From Candidatus Caenarcanales bacterium (lineage in GTDB: Bacteria; Cyanobacteriota; Vampirovibrionia; Caenarcaniphilales; Caenarcanaceae): 64,000 nt of DNA. The stretch is from positions 85,051 through 149,050 of the forward strand of contig JASJDU010000002.1 in assembly GCA_030065015.1 (NCBI GenBank), in the 5' to 3' direction. Numbering within the stretch: position 1 is the stretch's first letter; every line of letters starts with the position of its first letter. The position numbers were made by a program, and so were the translations under genes. The notes under the pieces are model-generated. The model saw only the letters and a list, made by a program, of their open reading frames with translations. It did no database searches and was not told the DNA's origin. Positions 36,889 to 46,544 of this stretch are shown here, in pieces.

Positions 36889-38216
36889 TTCTGCTGAATA
36901 AATGTTTTCAGAATCTCACTAAATTCGTTAACAGCAAAATCAATTTCTTCTTTTGTAATCGTAAATGGAGGTGAAAAAGATAACGTATGGCCCTGACTTC
37001 CGCAGGTTAAAACTATTAAGCCTTTCTTCAAGGATTCAACCATTAAGTGTTCTGCCAGTTGAGGAAAGGGCTCTTTATTATGTTTGTCTTTAACTAATTC
37101 CATTCCGAGCATTAAACCCTTTCCTCTAACTTCTCCTATAAATTCGCAGTTTAATTCCGTTAGTTTGTTTTTTAAATACTCTCCTAGTTCTTTATTCTTT
37201 TGATGCCAATTATTTTTTTGCAAATCTTCAATTACGGCTAATCCTGCTGCACAAACTAACGGATTACCTAAAAAAGTACTAGTATGAATTGCTTCACCGT
37301 TCGATTTGTCCCAAGAATTCATTATTTCTGAACTAGTTATACAGGCAGAAAGAGGTAATCCACCGCCAATAGTTTTTCCAACACAGATAATGTCAGGTAA
37401 AACATCTTCTTCCTCAAAGGCAAACATCTTTCCGGTACGGCAGAATCCGGTGTAAATTTCATCAAATATTAAAAGTAAGTTATTCTCTTCGCAAAACTCT
37501 TTTAAGTCTTTCAAAAATCCTGTTGGGGGAACTATTACTCCTCCTCTTCCTTGAATCGGTTCTATGATTACAGAGCCAATCAGTTCTTTATTTTTGTGAA
37601 AGACTTCTTTTATAAAATTCAATGATTGTTCACCAGCACTTGAGCCATTTCTGTATGAGTTTGGATAGGGAACGTGAAAGGTATATTCGGTTAATCGTTC
37701 GGTGAATTTGCTTCTAAAATGAGGCTTGTGTGTTAAATCCAAAGCTCCGTAACCCAGCCCATGATAACCGTATTCAAAGGCAATTACTCCCGGCTTTTTG
37801 GTGTAAACTTGTGCTGTTTTTAAGGCGGATTCACAAGCATCAGATCCATTGCAAGACAATATTGCTTGATCCAATTGAGGAGGAAATAAATCTAAAAGCT
37901 TTTCCATGAATTCAACTTTTATTTTGGGTGGGTGAACGTCTCCCATTCCGTGTATTAATTCCTTGGCTTGAATGGTAATAGCTTCGATTACCGAGTCATT
38001 ACAGTGCCCAATTCCTGAAACCCCAAAAGCCGAATTTAAATCTAAAAAACAGTTCCCATCAACATCCCAAATGTTTGTTTCGGAAGATTTTTCCCAGAAG
38101 ATAGGGAAATCAGCAGAGAGGTAAGTTAGACCAGGGGATTCAACTCTTTGAAGACGTTGCGCTAACTGTTTAGAATTTGGACCGGGGATTTCAGAAGAAA
38201 CTATTGATGGAAGCAT
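36870..38216 (-). CDS. Class III PLP-dependent aminotransferase (GabT-like)
   Basis: WDVDGN.FLD, IEPIQGRGG, FDEIYTGFCRTG, GKTIGGG, RGKGLMLG. Confidence 0.9.
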   Translation of the reverse strand: MLPSIVSSEIPGPNSKQLAQRLQRVESPGLTYLSADFPIFWEKSSETNIWDVDGNCFLDLNSAFGVSGIGHCNDSVIEAITIQAKELIHGMGDVHPPKIKVEFMEKLLDLFPPQLDQAILSCNGSDACESALKTAQVYTKKPGVIAFEYGYHGLGYGALDLTHKPHFRSKFTERLTEYTFHVPYPNSYRNGSSAGEQSLNFIKEVFHKNKELIGSVIIEPIQGRGGVIVPPTGFLKDLKEFCEENNLLLIFDEIYTGFCRTGKMFAFEEEDVLPDIICVGKTIGGGLPLSACITSSEIMNSWDKSNGEAIHTSTFLGNPLVCAAGLAVIEDLQKNNWHQKNKELGEYLKNKLTELNCEFIGEVRGKGLMLGMELVKDKHNKEPFPQLAEHLMVESLKKGLIVLTCGSQGHTLSFSPPFTITKEEIDFAVNEFSEILKTFIQQNQEDNL

Positions 38217-38344
38217 TGAATTTACTCAGCTAACAGATAACTGATTTTTGTTTTTAGGGATATCCGAATTTGTCAATTCTCTTAATCAAAAGAATACAAA
38301 TAAAACATATTGTATTAGGAATCAAGTCCAAATTTGTAATAACA

Positions 38345-38827
38345 ATGAATCTAAAATTTCAGGGTATTCTAGATAAAAACAACAAAATTGAGATTTCTTT
38401 GCAAGAGCTAGAACTCTTAATCTTAAATTCTTTGGGTCTTACAAAATTCAATTGGACCAATGTTGAAGATCTGAAAAGAAAATATTCCATTGAACTCTCT
38501 TTGATGAAAGTAAGAGGATTTTTAGAGAATTCTCTTGAATTGAGAGAAAATGTTAAACAATTGAATAGAGAATATTTGAGAATTCAGTTATCGGCAAAAA
38601 ATTTAGAATCTTTCGCTTTTGAAATTGAAGAAAGATCCAAAGAGTTAAAAGAGCAACTTCTTGAAGGCGGCTTATTAGATTCTTTATCAGACTCAAAAGC
38701 TCTCAAATTATTACCTTCTAAAACTTTTTCTTTAGATATCGAGAAAAAGGAAGAGCAGGAAAACCCTGTAAAAAATCCTGAAACTATGGGTTCTTTTACT
38801 AAAAAAGCGAAAAAAAAGATGGCTTAA
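38345..38827 (+). CDS. Hypothetical coiled-coil protein
   Basis: ORF with ATG at 38345. Confidence 0.65.
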   Translation: MNLKFQGILDKNNKIEISLQELELLILNSLGLTKFNWTNVEDLKRKYSIELSLMKVRGFLENSLELRENVKQLNREYLRIQLSAKNLESFAFEIEERSKELKEQLLEGGLLDSLSDSKALKLLPSKTFSLDIEKKEEQENPVKNPETMGSFTKKAKKKMA

Positions 38828-38938
38828 CAATTAACAAAATATATTGAGTCATTTTTAATCTATTTGGTGGGCTTTAAATATATAAATAACCATCCCAGGG
38901 CATTTAATAATTAGTGCATATATCTTTGGTTTCAAAAT

Positions 38939-40588
38939 ATGAAATCTTTAAATAGTTTTAAGAGCTTATTCACATTATTTCTTGCCAGCCAATTTATTTT
39001 TCAATATATTCCTATAAACTTTGTTGAATTTACTTTATCTTCTCATTCGCAAGCTCAACCTTCCCGGAATCCAACTGTAGGAAATGAGTTTGAGCGTTCC
39101 TTCTCTGAACCGGATGGAGGACGTGGTAATGAGTATGGAACTGGGCTTGTACCAATTCGAATACCTTCACCACCCAATGGACAACCGTTTGGAAGTGATC
39201 CTTCGCAGCTAACTATTGATGATTCAACACGGTTTAAGCCTTTAACTCAAGATCAAATTGAAGCCTTTGAAAGAGCTGCTTCAATTGGTTCTGCTGAAAC
39301 TATATTTCCAAGATTTGTATCAGACGAAGATATCTTGAATCATGTCTATAGTGGTGGACCTGATATTAGAGATGATCAGTTGAATTTTATTGAACAAAGA
39401 AATCAGGATAGAGTTTTTCCTACAACAACTCCCAGTGGACAACCGTTTGGAAGTGATCCTTCGCAGCTAACTATTGATGATTCAACACGGTTTAAGCCTT
39501 TAACTCAAGAACAAATTAATGAAATGAATAGGGCTGCATCTGAAATAGATAGAGCTGCAATTGTGGGTGCTGCAGAAACAGTTGTTCCAACAACTGATGT
39601 TCCTGAAAGATTTGGAACAGTAGGAAACGTTTTCAATCCAACTGATGGGGGATATGAAATTAATGACAGTTTTAGGATTGATACAACTGGACGATTTTCT
39701 ACTAATACTTCAGCGGGGCAGCTTTCAGCAGACGATCAATTATTTAATAGAGGAGTGGATAGAATCGCCTCAGGACAATACAATCAAAGAACGGCTTTTC
39801 GCCCGGGTTCTGCAGAAGAGATACGATTCCAAGAACAATTACAAGAGCGAGGATTGACTTATCAGGATCTTTACGACGGTAATTATGGAGTCCCTCCCAG
39901 CGGCCGCCCAGGCAGTGGATCTTCACGAGCCAGAGATGGAGTAGCTCAGTCAGGTGGATACTCAGGAGAAGATCCCGTTGGTCCATATAGCTCAGATGAA
40001 GGAGTAGAAGGTGGAAGCTACGGTGATGAATACGGATACCCTGAAGATGATTACAATGGATCGTCTACTGGTGAAGAGTACCATCATGAAGAGTATCACC
40101 ATCAAGAGATTTCTTCGCACCATGGAGGTTATTGGGGAGGTCAGCAAGTCTATATTCCAGGCTACCCTTATCCTAGAGGTGGATATGGCTCAATACTCAA
40201 TGGCTATGGCCTTGGATACCTTGGTAACAGTGGAATTGTAGGAGCTGTTGTTGGTGAGATTATATCTGATAGAGACCTGAAACCTTATGATTTAGGGAAT
40301 GTTATAGGTTCTGCTGTTGGAGATAATTTAGGTGAAAGGATTTTAGCTGGAGCCGTTACAGGGGCTTTAACAAATGCTATTGATGGAAAAGATGTAGGTA
40401 GAGGAGCTGTGAATGGTGCAATAGGTGGTGCGGCCGCACACGTGGATAATGAATTGCTTGGTGATGTTCATAGACCCTATTCTTATATTTCTGATACAGC
40501 ATTTCCTGTTGCGAGTGGTCAAATTTCAGAAACTAGAGAATATTACTCAGAGAGTTTCAGTGAAGAAGTTTTTGAAGAATATATATGA
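38939..40588 (+). CDS. Secreted low-complexity protein with a C-terminal glycine zipper
   Basis: Signal-like N-terminus, internal repeat, acidic/His/Tyr tract, GxxxG repeats. Confidence 0.8.
   Translation: MKSLNSFKSLFTLFLASQFIFQYIPINFVEFTLSSHSQAQPSRNPTVGNEFERSFSEPDGGRGNEYGTGLVPIRIPSPPNGQPFGSDPSQLTIDDSTRFKPLTQDQIEAFERAASIGSAETIFPRFVSDEDILNHVYSGGPDIRDDQLNFIEQRNQDRVFPTTTPSGQPFGSDPSQLTIDDSTRFKPLTQEQINEMNRAASEIDRAAIVGAAETVVPTTDVPERFGTVGNVFNPTDGGYEINDSFRIDTTGRFSTNTSAGQLSADDQLFNRGVDRIASGQYNQRTAFRPGSAEEIRFQEQLQERGLTYQDLYDGNYGVPPSGRPGSGSSRARDGVAQSGGYSGEDPVGPYSSDEGVEGGSYGDEYGYPEDDYNGSSTGEEYHHEEYHHQEISSHHGGYWGGQQVYIPGYPYPRGGYGSILNGYGLGYLGNSGIVGAVVGEIISDRDLKPYDLGNVIGSAVGDNLGERILAGAVTGALTNAIDGKDVGRGAVNGAIGGAAAHVDNELLGDVHRPYSYISDTAFPVASGQISETREYYSESFSEEVFEEYI
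39178..39510 (+). repeat. Exact 75-bp intragenic direct repeat
   Basis: 39178-39252 = 39436-39510 (GQPFGSDPSQLTIDDSTRFKPLTQ). Confidence 0.93.
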
Positions 40589-40648
40589 AAAATTCGCTCT
40601 TACTTTAGTCAATCGAGGATAATTTAGCAAAATAATTTTTCTATGAAG

Positions 40649-40951
40649 TTATTGCAAATAAATTGGTATTGCAAGCAGTTTGAGGCCACTATTTGTAGTT
40701 AACCATACTTGTGCAACTATTTTTGTATCACCAGCGCTTGAAGGAAAAAAAACATCAACTTGCTCTGCTGTTTCTTTACTATCTTCGAGAAAGGAAGGGA
40801 AATTAATTCTGTAGTTTTGGTTATTAGGGAGATGTTTTTTTATTGAATATCCAATTTCTTCACTGATTACATCAACTACTTTATTATTGGCAAGCAGTGG
40901 ATTGTTAGTAAAGATTAATAAAAAACAGTAACTAATGACTAATTTCTTCAT
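40649..40951 (-). CDS. Hypothetical small exported protein
   Basis: MKK plus hydrophobic signal peptide. Confidence 0.6.
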   Translation of the reverse strand: MKKLVISYCFLLIFTNNPLLANNKVVDVISEEIGYSIKKHLPNNQNYRINFPSFLEDSKETAEQVDVFFPSSAGDTKIVAQVWLTTNSGLKLLAIPIYLQ

Positions 40952-41162
40952 CGTACAAACACTTTAACTTGCTAACTTCCTTTTTTCTATAGATACTTTG
41001 GCTAGTTTTAGACTAACTTAGTCCTTAATGAGCTTATGATTTAATATTGATAGTTCCCGAATTTGAGTTGAAATTCATGGGGTAAGTATTACTTCCTTAT
41101 TAGATGCACCATCAGTATTGTATTAACGACTGATTGATGCGGATATTGCGATAGGCTTTTTC

Positions 41163-42833
41163 ATGTTATTACAAAAGAAAATCAAAGAAGAAATTCAAAT
41201 AATTTTAAAGTCAGAGTTTCCTGAATTAACTGAAGAAAACTTAAAAGCAATACAAGTTGATGCCTCCAAAAGTTCATCATACGGAGATTTTTCAACAACT
41301 TGCTCCTTGGCATTTGCCAAGGTTTTGAAGAAAGCACCTATTCTAATAGCCAATCAAATTAAAAATAATTTAGAAGAAAAATTGTCTGATATATACTCGA
41401 TCGAGGTTGCTCCACCAGGATTCGTTAATTTTACCCTTACCAATAAAGGTTTTAACGAGTTAGTTAAGTCTTTGAATAAAGATGAACTAATTGAGAAAAA
41501 CACAGATAAAGCACCTATCTTAATTGAGTACGTTTCAGCAAATCCTACCGGTGATTTACATATGGGTCATGGTAGGGGAGCCGTTGTTGGGAGCGCTTTG
41601 GCATCAATTGTAAAAGCAACCGGTAGGCAAGTTGGAACTGAATTCTATATCAATGATGCTGGAGAACAAATACAAAAACTAGGTCAAACCGCTTGGAGTT
41701 TATATTCAAAAGAACCATCTCAAAGTGACCAGTATCCTCCTGAATTGGTTGAGCCATACACAAAAGATTTGAAGGAAGGACTCAGTTTTGATGAACTCAC
41801 AGAGCTCGTAAAGAATAAAATTCTAGAAAAACAAAAGAAAGTTCTATCTTCGTTAAAAGTGAATTTTGATCGATGGATTAGTGAAAAAAATGATTTACAT
41901 AACAATGGTAAATTAACCGGTGCTTTGAATAAGCTTAAAGAAGCAAATTTAACTTACTCCAAGGATGAAGCTTTATGGTTTAAGTCAACTGATTTAGGCG
42001 ATGAAAGAGATCGTGTATTAGTTAAATCCGATGGAAGAGCCACCTATCTTGCTGGAGATATTGCCTACCACCTTAACAAATTTGAAAGATATGAAGAAGC
42101 ATTGAATCTGTGGGGAGCCGATCATCAGGGACAAGAAGTGAGCATGCAAGTTGCTCTTAAGGCACTTGGTAATAATCCAGATAAATTTCAAATTCTTTTC
42201 ATTCAATTTGTTAGCTTGGTTGAAAATGGACAGGAGCTGAAGATGTCCAAAAGGCAGGGCACATTAATAACTATTGAAGAAGTTCTAGAAAAAGTTGGTC
42301 CGGACGCCTTTCGCTTCTTCCTTTTGTTAAGTCATGTGAATAATCGTTTGGCTTTTGACTTGGATTTAGCTCTGAGAACTGATGATCAAAATCCGGTATT
42401 TTACGTGCAATATGCACATGCTAGAGCTTGTAGTATCTTACGCAATGCAACTACTTCACAGGTCGATGGAGAGGAGGCAATTTGCTCTATTGACGAAATA
42501 GATAATGCAGTGGAAAGTGAAGAGATTTTTAATAAGTGCTTTGATGAAAAACTTTCGGAACAAGAGATTCAAGCAACTAAAAACTTAATTTTGAAACTGA
42601 GTTTCTTTAATGATGAAATTCAGCGTTCGGCCGATAATTTAAACCCTAGTGGTGTCGCCCATTATTTAATTGATTTGGCTAACTTATTTCATAGCTTTTA
42701 CTCTCATTGTAGGGTTTTAGATTATGAGAATAAGACTTTGACTTTGGCTCGTTTATCTTTAATTAGAGCTTTTCAAAGGATTCTGAAGACCGGTCTTGAA
42801 ACTCTTTTGATTACTGCTCCGGAAAGAATGTAG
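41163..42833 (+). CDS. argS: Arginine--tRNA ligase
   Basis: EYVSANPTGDLHMGHGR, WGADH, MSKR, YVQYAHAR, C-terminal ERM. Confidence 0.97.
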   Translation: MLLQKKIKEEIQIILKSEFPELTEENLKAIQVDASKSSSYGDFSTTCSLAFAKVLKKAPILIANQIKNNLEEKLSDIYSIEVAPPGFVNFTLTNKGFNELVKSLNKDELIEKNTDKAPILIEYVSANPTGDLHMGHGRGAVVGSALASIVKATGRQVGTEFYINDAGEQIQKLGQTAWSLYSKEPSQSDQYPPELVEPYTKDLKEGLSFDELTELVKNKILEKQKKVLSSLKVNFDRWISEKNDLHNNGKLTGALNKLKEANLTYSKDEALWFKSTDLGDERDRVLVKSDGRATYLAGDIAYHLNKFERYEEALNLWGADHQGQEVSMQVALKALGNNPDKFQILFIQFVSLVENGQELKMSKRQGTLITIEEVLEKVGPDAFRFFLLLSHVNNRLAFDLDLALRTDDQNPVFYVQYAHARACSILRNATTSQVDGEEAICSIDEIDNAVESEEIFNKCFDEKLSEQEIQATKNLILKLSFFNDEIQRSADNLNPSGVAHYLIDLANLFHSFYSHCRVLDYENKTLTLARLSLIRAFQRILKTGLETLLITAPERM

Positions 42834-42851
42834 GGATTGCTTTGAAATGTT

Positions 42852-43649
42852 TCAGTTGCCTTTCCCAAAAATCTTGGGGATTGCTTCTGAAAGGAGTTTA
42901 GATGAAGAGAAGGCTAAGTAAATTTTTTCAATAATATCTGCAAAAGCATTTTCTTCTGGAATGAAGAGCAATAAAGTCTCTAAACTGCACAAAACATCTA
43001 TCAAAGCAGAGCTTAAGAATCCACTCCTTTGTTGGGGATCGATCATGTTTTGGGAAAGGGTAGATTTCTTTAAAGCGAGCAATAATGAACTTGCTCCAAA
43101 ACCAACTTTGGCAATATTCAATAATTTATTGACTGGAAGTCCTAAACCTTTGGCGATTTTTTGAGCGACAGTTTTGCTTTTTGAGGAAAGCTTATTTATA
43201 AAATCAATGTTTTTCAGTATTCTTTGTGAGCCCTTGAACTTCATTATTAATTCTGCAACTATAAGTCCCGCAATTGAGGTTTGAACTAGCGCCATTAACT
43301 TATCTATGTGAAGGTTGAAGTTTAGGCCGATCCTTCTGAAAAAACTGTCTATAGATAATAATGAAGCTCCTAAAAATTCAACGGCACTATTCAATACGAA
43401 AACCATTGAAATACCGGTATTTTCTGCGAAACCTAAAAATATTTCCCCGAGGGCTTGTAAAGTACTGAATAAAGAAGTGGATAATGCTTCGGATTGAACT
43501 CGTTTTGGATTTACGTATAAAGTTCTAACTCCCAATTTGTTTCCAGAACTCGTAAACTGAAGAGAGGAGGCTTGCTTTACTTTTGAAGTCTGAGTAGATT
43601 GAGGAAAATTAACAATGCTAGCTAATGTGGGATTTATAACTTGAAACAC
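42852..43649 (-). CDS. Hypothetical membrane-associated protein
   Basis: Ser/Thr/Gln-rich N-terminus and several hydrophobic helices. Confidence 0.7.
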   Translation of the reverse strand: MFQVINPTLASIVNFPQSTQTSKVKQASSLQFTSSGNKLGVRTLYVNPKRVQSEALSTSLFSTLQALGEIFLGFAENTGISMVFVLNSAVEFLGASLLSIDSFFRRIGLNFNLHIDKLMALVQTSIAGLIVAELIMKFKGSQRILKNIDFINKLSSKSKTVAQKIAKGLGLPVNKLLNIAKVGFGASSLLLALKKSTLSQNMIDPQQRSGFLSSALIDVLCSLETLLLFIPEENAFADIIEKIYLAFSSSKLLSEAIPKIFGKGN

Positions 43650-43658
43650 TAGTTGTCA

Positions 43659-43720
43659 ATTGAGAATATTTCGCAATAAAGAAGATAATAATTCTGCACT
43701 AATTGAGAATTATTTGCAAT
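43659..43720. promoter_or_regulatory. Two Fur-box-like 19-bp dyads
   Basis: ATTGAGAATATTTCGCAAT (43659-43677) and ATTGAGAATTATTTGCAAT (43702-43720). Confidence 0.6.
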
Positions 43721-43923
43721 AAGAAGATCCCAAAACTTACAAATTCTGTAAAGCTTTATTCGTGTAATAGGTTATTTCTCTAGTGAATAATGGATATTGA
43801 GATGTTCTATAAATTAATTTAATGATTGGATTTATAACAACGAACGAGTTTTGAGCTTAATGATAATGATTTAAATGTCCTAAAATAGTTGAATATACAT
43901 GAATTTAATAAGGCTTACTAGAA

Positions 43924-44973
43924 ATGGCAACAGTATCTTTAAAATCTGAACTTCCCAAATTAGCAATATTTGGAGCCGGTGGCTTGGGAATTGAAATGGT
44001 TAAGCTTTTGAAGAAAAGGCAAGCTGCAAATTTAGTTGCGATGGTTGACCAATCCGGATATGTTTTTGATGAAAATGGTTTGAATGATGAGCAGTTGATA
44101 GTAAATTCTCTAAGAGCTAAAAGTATTGCTGCAATAGAGAATTCTGTTCAATCAAGTAAATCCATTTCCGAATTTCTGGAAAGAAATTCGACTAAAATCG
44201 ATGCAATTTTTTATGCATTACCCAATCTGCCAAATGAGTTTATTCCTAATATTACAAAGGAAATAATTAATCAATCAGAATTCAATGGAGTCATTGTTGA
44301 TGCTTTAAAAAGAACAAAAGCTGTAAAGATGCTTTCTGAATTTAATAGTCAATTGCAGGAAAAAAACATACTGTATCTCACAGGTTGTGGTGCAACTCCA
44401 GGAATGTTGACCTCCGCCGCTGCTGTTGCTGCTCAATCATTTGTGGAAATTGAATCTGTGAAAATAACTTTTGGAGTGGGTATCTCCAACTGGAAAGCAT
44501 ATAGAGCAACTATAAGAGAAGATATAGCGCACCTGAAGAACTTTAATGTGGAGAAAGTTTCCCAAATGACAGAGGAACAAATTGATAAGGAACTTGAGGA
44601 TAGAAATGGAATATTGGAGCTTGTTGATATGGAGCACGCTGACGATATCATGTTGGAAATGGCTGGAATCTGTGATGCAGATAAAGTTACTGTTGGAGGA
44701 ATTGTGGACACCAGAAATCCTCAAAAACCAGTTTCAACAAACGTTAAAATAACTGGTTTTACATACGAAGGAAAGAAATCTACTCATACTTTCACTTTGG
44801 GAGATGAAACTACAATGGCAGCGAATGTTAATGGAACAGTTTTAGGTTTTTTGAATGCTGGTGTGAACCTTCATAAGAATTATGGAATTTCAGGATTAAG
44901 AACTGCCGCTGAAGTAATGCCGAGGTTTAACCCAGTAAAAATCCACAAAAAATCTTTAGCAGAAATCATTTAA
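43924..44973 (+). CDS. bioU: (S)-8-amino-7-oxononanoate synthase BioU
   Basis: ALPNLPN, VDALKRT, TGCGATPG.LT, YRATIREDIAH, MEHADD, LGDET.MAANV. Confidence 0.88.
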   Translation: MATVSLKSELPKLAIFGAGGLGIEMVKLLKKRQAANLVAMVDQSGYVFDENGLNDEQLIVNSLRAKSIAAIENSVQSSKSISEFLERNSTKIDAIFYALPNLPNEFIPNITKEIINQSEFNGVIVDALKRTKAVKMLSEFNSQLQEKNILYLTGCGATPGMLTSAAAVAAQSFVEIESVKITFGVGISNWKAYRATIREDIAHLKNFNVEKVSQMTEEQIDKELEDRNGILELVDMEHADDIMLEMAGICDADKVTVGGIVDTRNPQKPVSTNVKITGFTYEGKKSTHTFTLGDETTMAANVNGTVLGFLNAGVNLHKNYGISGLRTAAEVMPRFNPVKIHKKSLAEII

Positions 44974-45117
44974 CTGAAATTTAGGGCTCAATCATTTGTT
45001 AGATAAATAAGTAATAAGTAAATATTGTGATAAGTTGGGGAACCCGGATGAATGATTGCCGTCCTATTTTTTACCTCATCTCTATATATTTTCAAAAAAG
45101 ATACTTTAAAAATTTAT

Positions 45118-45411
45118 ATGAAGCACCGTCTGGAAATAATTAAACACATTGGAGTTTTTTTATTAGTTTTTGGAGTTGCTCTCCAGACTTGGCGGGGGTT
45201 TTTTCTGAATGGTTGTAATATTACAAAAAGCCTTATTCAGTTGAGTGATATGAAGCAAACTTATTCTTCTTTACATGCACAAAACAAAATTATGTTTGAA
45301 GAAGTTAAGCAAATTAAGGCTGGAAATGATAAGAAAAGACAGTTAGCAAATACAGAATTAAATATGGTGAGTGATCCAGCTGCAGAAGTTGTTATTCAGT
45401 TTCTCAACTGA
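45118..45411 (+). CDS. FtsL/DivIC-like small bitopic protein
   Basis: Single TM, short coiled coil, A..ELNMV tail. Confidence 0.5.
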   Translation: MKHRLEIIKHIGVFLLVFGVALQTWRGFFLNGCNITKSLIQLSDMKQTYSSLHAQNKIMFEEVKQIKAGNDKKRQLANTELNMVSDPAAEVVIQFLN

Positions 45412-45438
45412 GATTTGCTGGTGAACTGATTTTGGAAT

Positions 45439-46503
45439 ATGTCTGAGACTATAGATTTATTAAGTGAAAATTTAAAAAATTCAATCACTAGCCTAAAAAA
45501 AGCTAAACCTAAAATAGCAGTGTTAGGTGATGTGATTTTGGATGAATATGTGATTGGCTATCCAGAGAGAATCTCTAGAGAGGCTCCAGTATTAATACTT
45601 GAATACAAAGATAATTACTATCGACTTGGTGGAGCTGCAAATGCTGCTATTAATGCTGCTCATCTTGGTGCCGAAGTGTGTTTGATTGGTACGGTTGGTG
45701 AAGACGATGCTGCTTCTGTGATGACGGACATTTGTAAGAAAAATAATATTGAACCAGAACTCTTAACTTTAAGTAATAAACCAACTACTTTAAAAACAAG
45801 GATTCTATCTACAAATCAAGGGAGTAACCTGAGTCATGCGGGTACCTCGTCAACTCAACAGGTTTTGCGAATAGATAAATTGAGTAGAAAAACTGTGTCC
45901 AAAGAGGAAGGGCTCTCTTTATTGGATAGGATAAGGGCTGTTTCTGAGGATGTGGATGTTATTCTTCTTTCTGACTATACTCTCGGGGTTTTGTCTGAAG
46001 AAGTAATCAGAGAGGTAATTAATTTAAATATAAAAGTGGTGGTGGATCCTTCTACAGCTTTTGACAGATTCAATGGGGCTTTTTTGATTACTCCCAATCA
46101 GCCTGATACAGAAAAGTTTTTAGAAAAAGAGGTTGGGTTTGATAGTCAAAATGATTTAATACAGGTCAGGAAAGATCTTAAAGAAAAGTTGCCGAATGTG
46201 GATAGCTTTTTGGTTACGCGTGGTGCTAATGGTATGGCCTTGTTTGAGTCTTCTTCTACACAATTGGTACCAGCTTTCAATAAAGCCGAGGTCTTTGACG
46301 TTACCGGTGCTGGAGATACCGTTTCTGCTTGTGTTTCAGTTTCCCTTGCTGCTGGTTTGGATTTGCCAATGTGTGCTGCACTGGGTAATTTAGCGGCTAG
46401 TATTGTTGTTCGTAAACTGGGAACAGAAACAACTAATACTGATGAAATGATAGTGGCAGCAAATGCTTTAGAGGAGCTGAAAGCCGAAAGATTTATTCTC
46501 TAA
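45439..46503 (+). CDS. rfaE1: D-glycero-beta-D-manno-heptose-7-phosphate kinase (RfaE domain I, PfkB family)
   Basis: GDVILD.Y..G..ERISREAPV, LGGAANAA, DVTGAGDT. Confidence 0.9.
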   Translation: MSETIDLLSENLKNSITSLKKAKPKIAVLGDVILDEYVIGYPERISREAPVLILEYKDNYYRLGGAANAAINAAHLGAEVCLIGTVGEDDAASVMTDICKKNNIEPELLTLSNKPTTLKTRILSTNQGSNLSHAGTSSTQQVLRIDKLSRKTVSKEEGLSLLDRIRAVSEDVDVILLSDYTLGVLSEEVIREVINLNIKVVVDPSTAFDRFNGAFLITPNQPDTEKFLEKEVGFDSQNDLIQVRKDLKEKLPNVDSFLVTRGANGMALFESSSTQLVPAFNKAEVFDVTGAGDTVSACVSVSLAAGLDLPMCAALGNLAASIVVRKLGTETTNTDEMIVAANALEELKAERFIL

Positions 46504-46544
46504 AATATTTAATATTGTGGATTGTTTGCAGTTTCAAATGAGAG

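Larger units (their letters stand above)
36309..36976. repeat. 69-bp direct repeat flanking hicAB
   Basis: 36309-36377 versus 36908-36976, 67/69 identical. Confidence 0.93.

Noticed and set aside
36870-38216. BioA assignment for the aminotransferase
   Set aside because: It lacks the BioA SWW motif and looks GabT-like; BioU is present instead.
41105-41142. Possible T-box or riboswitch upstream of argS
   Set aside because: Only a weak imperfect hairpin, with no T-box consensus.
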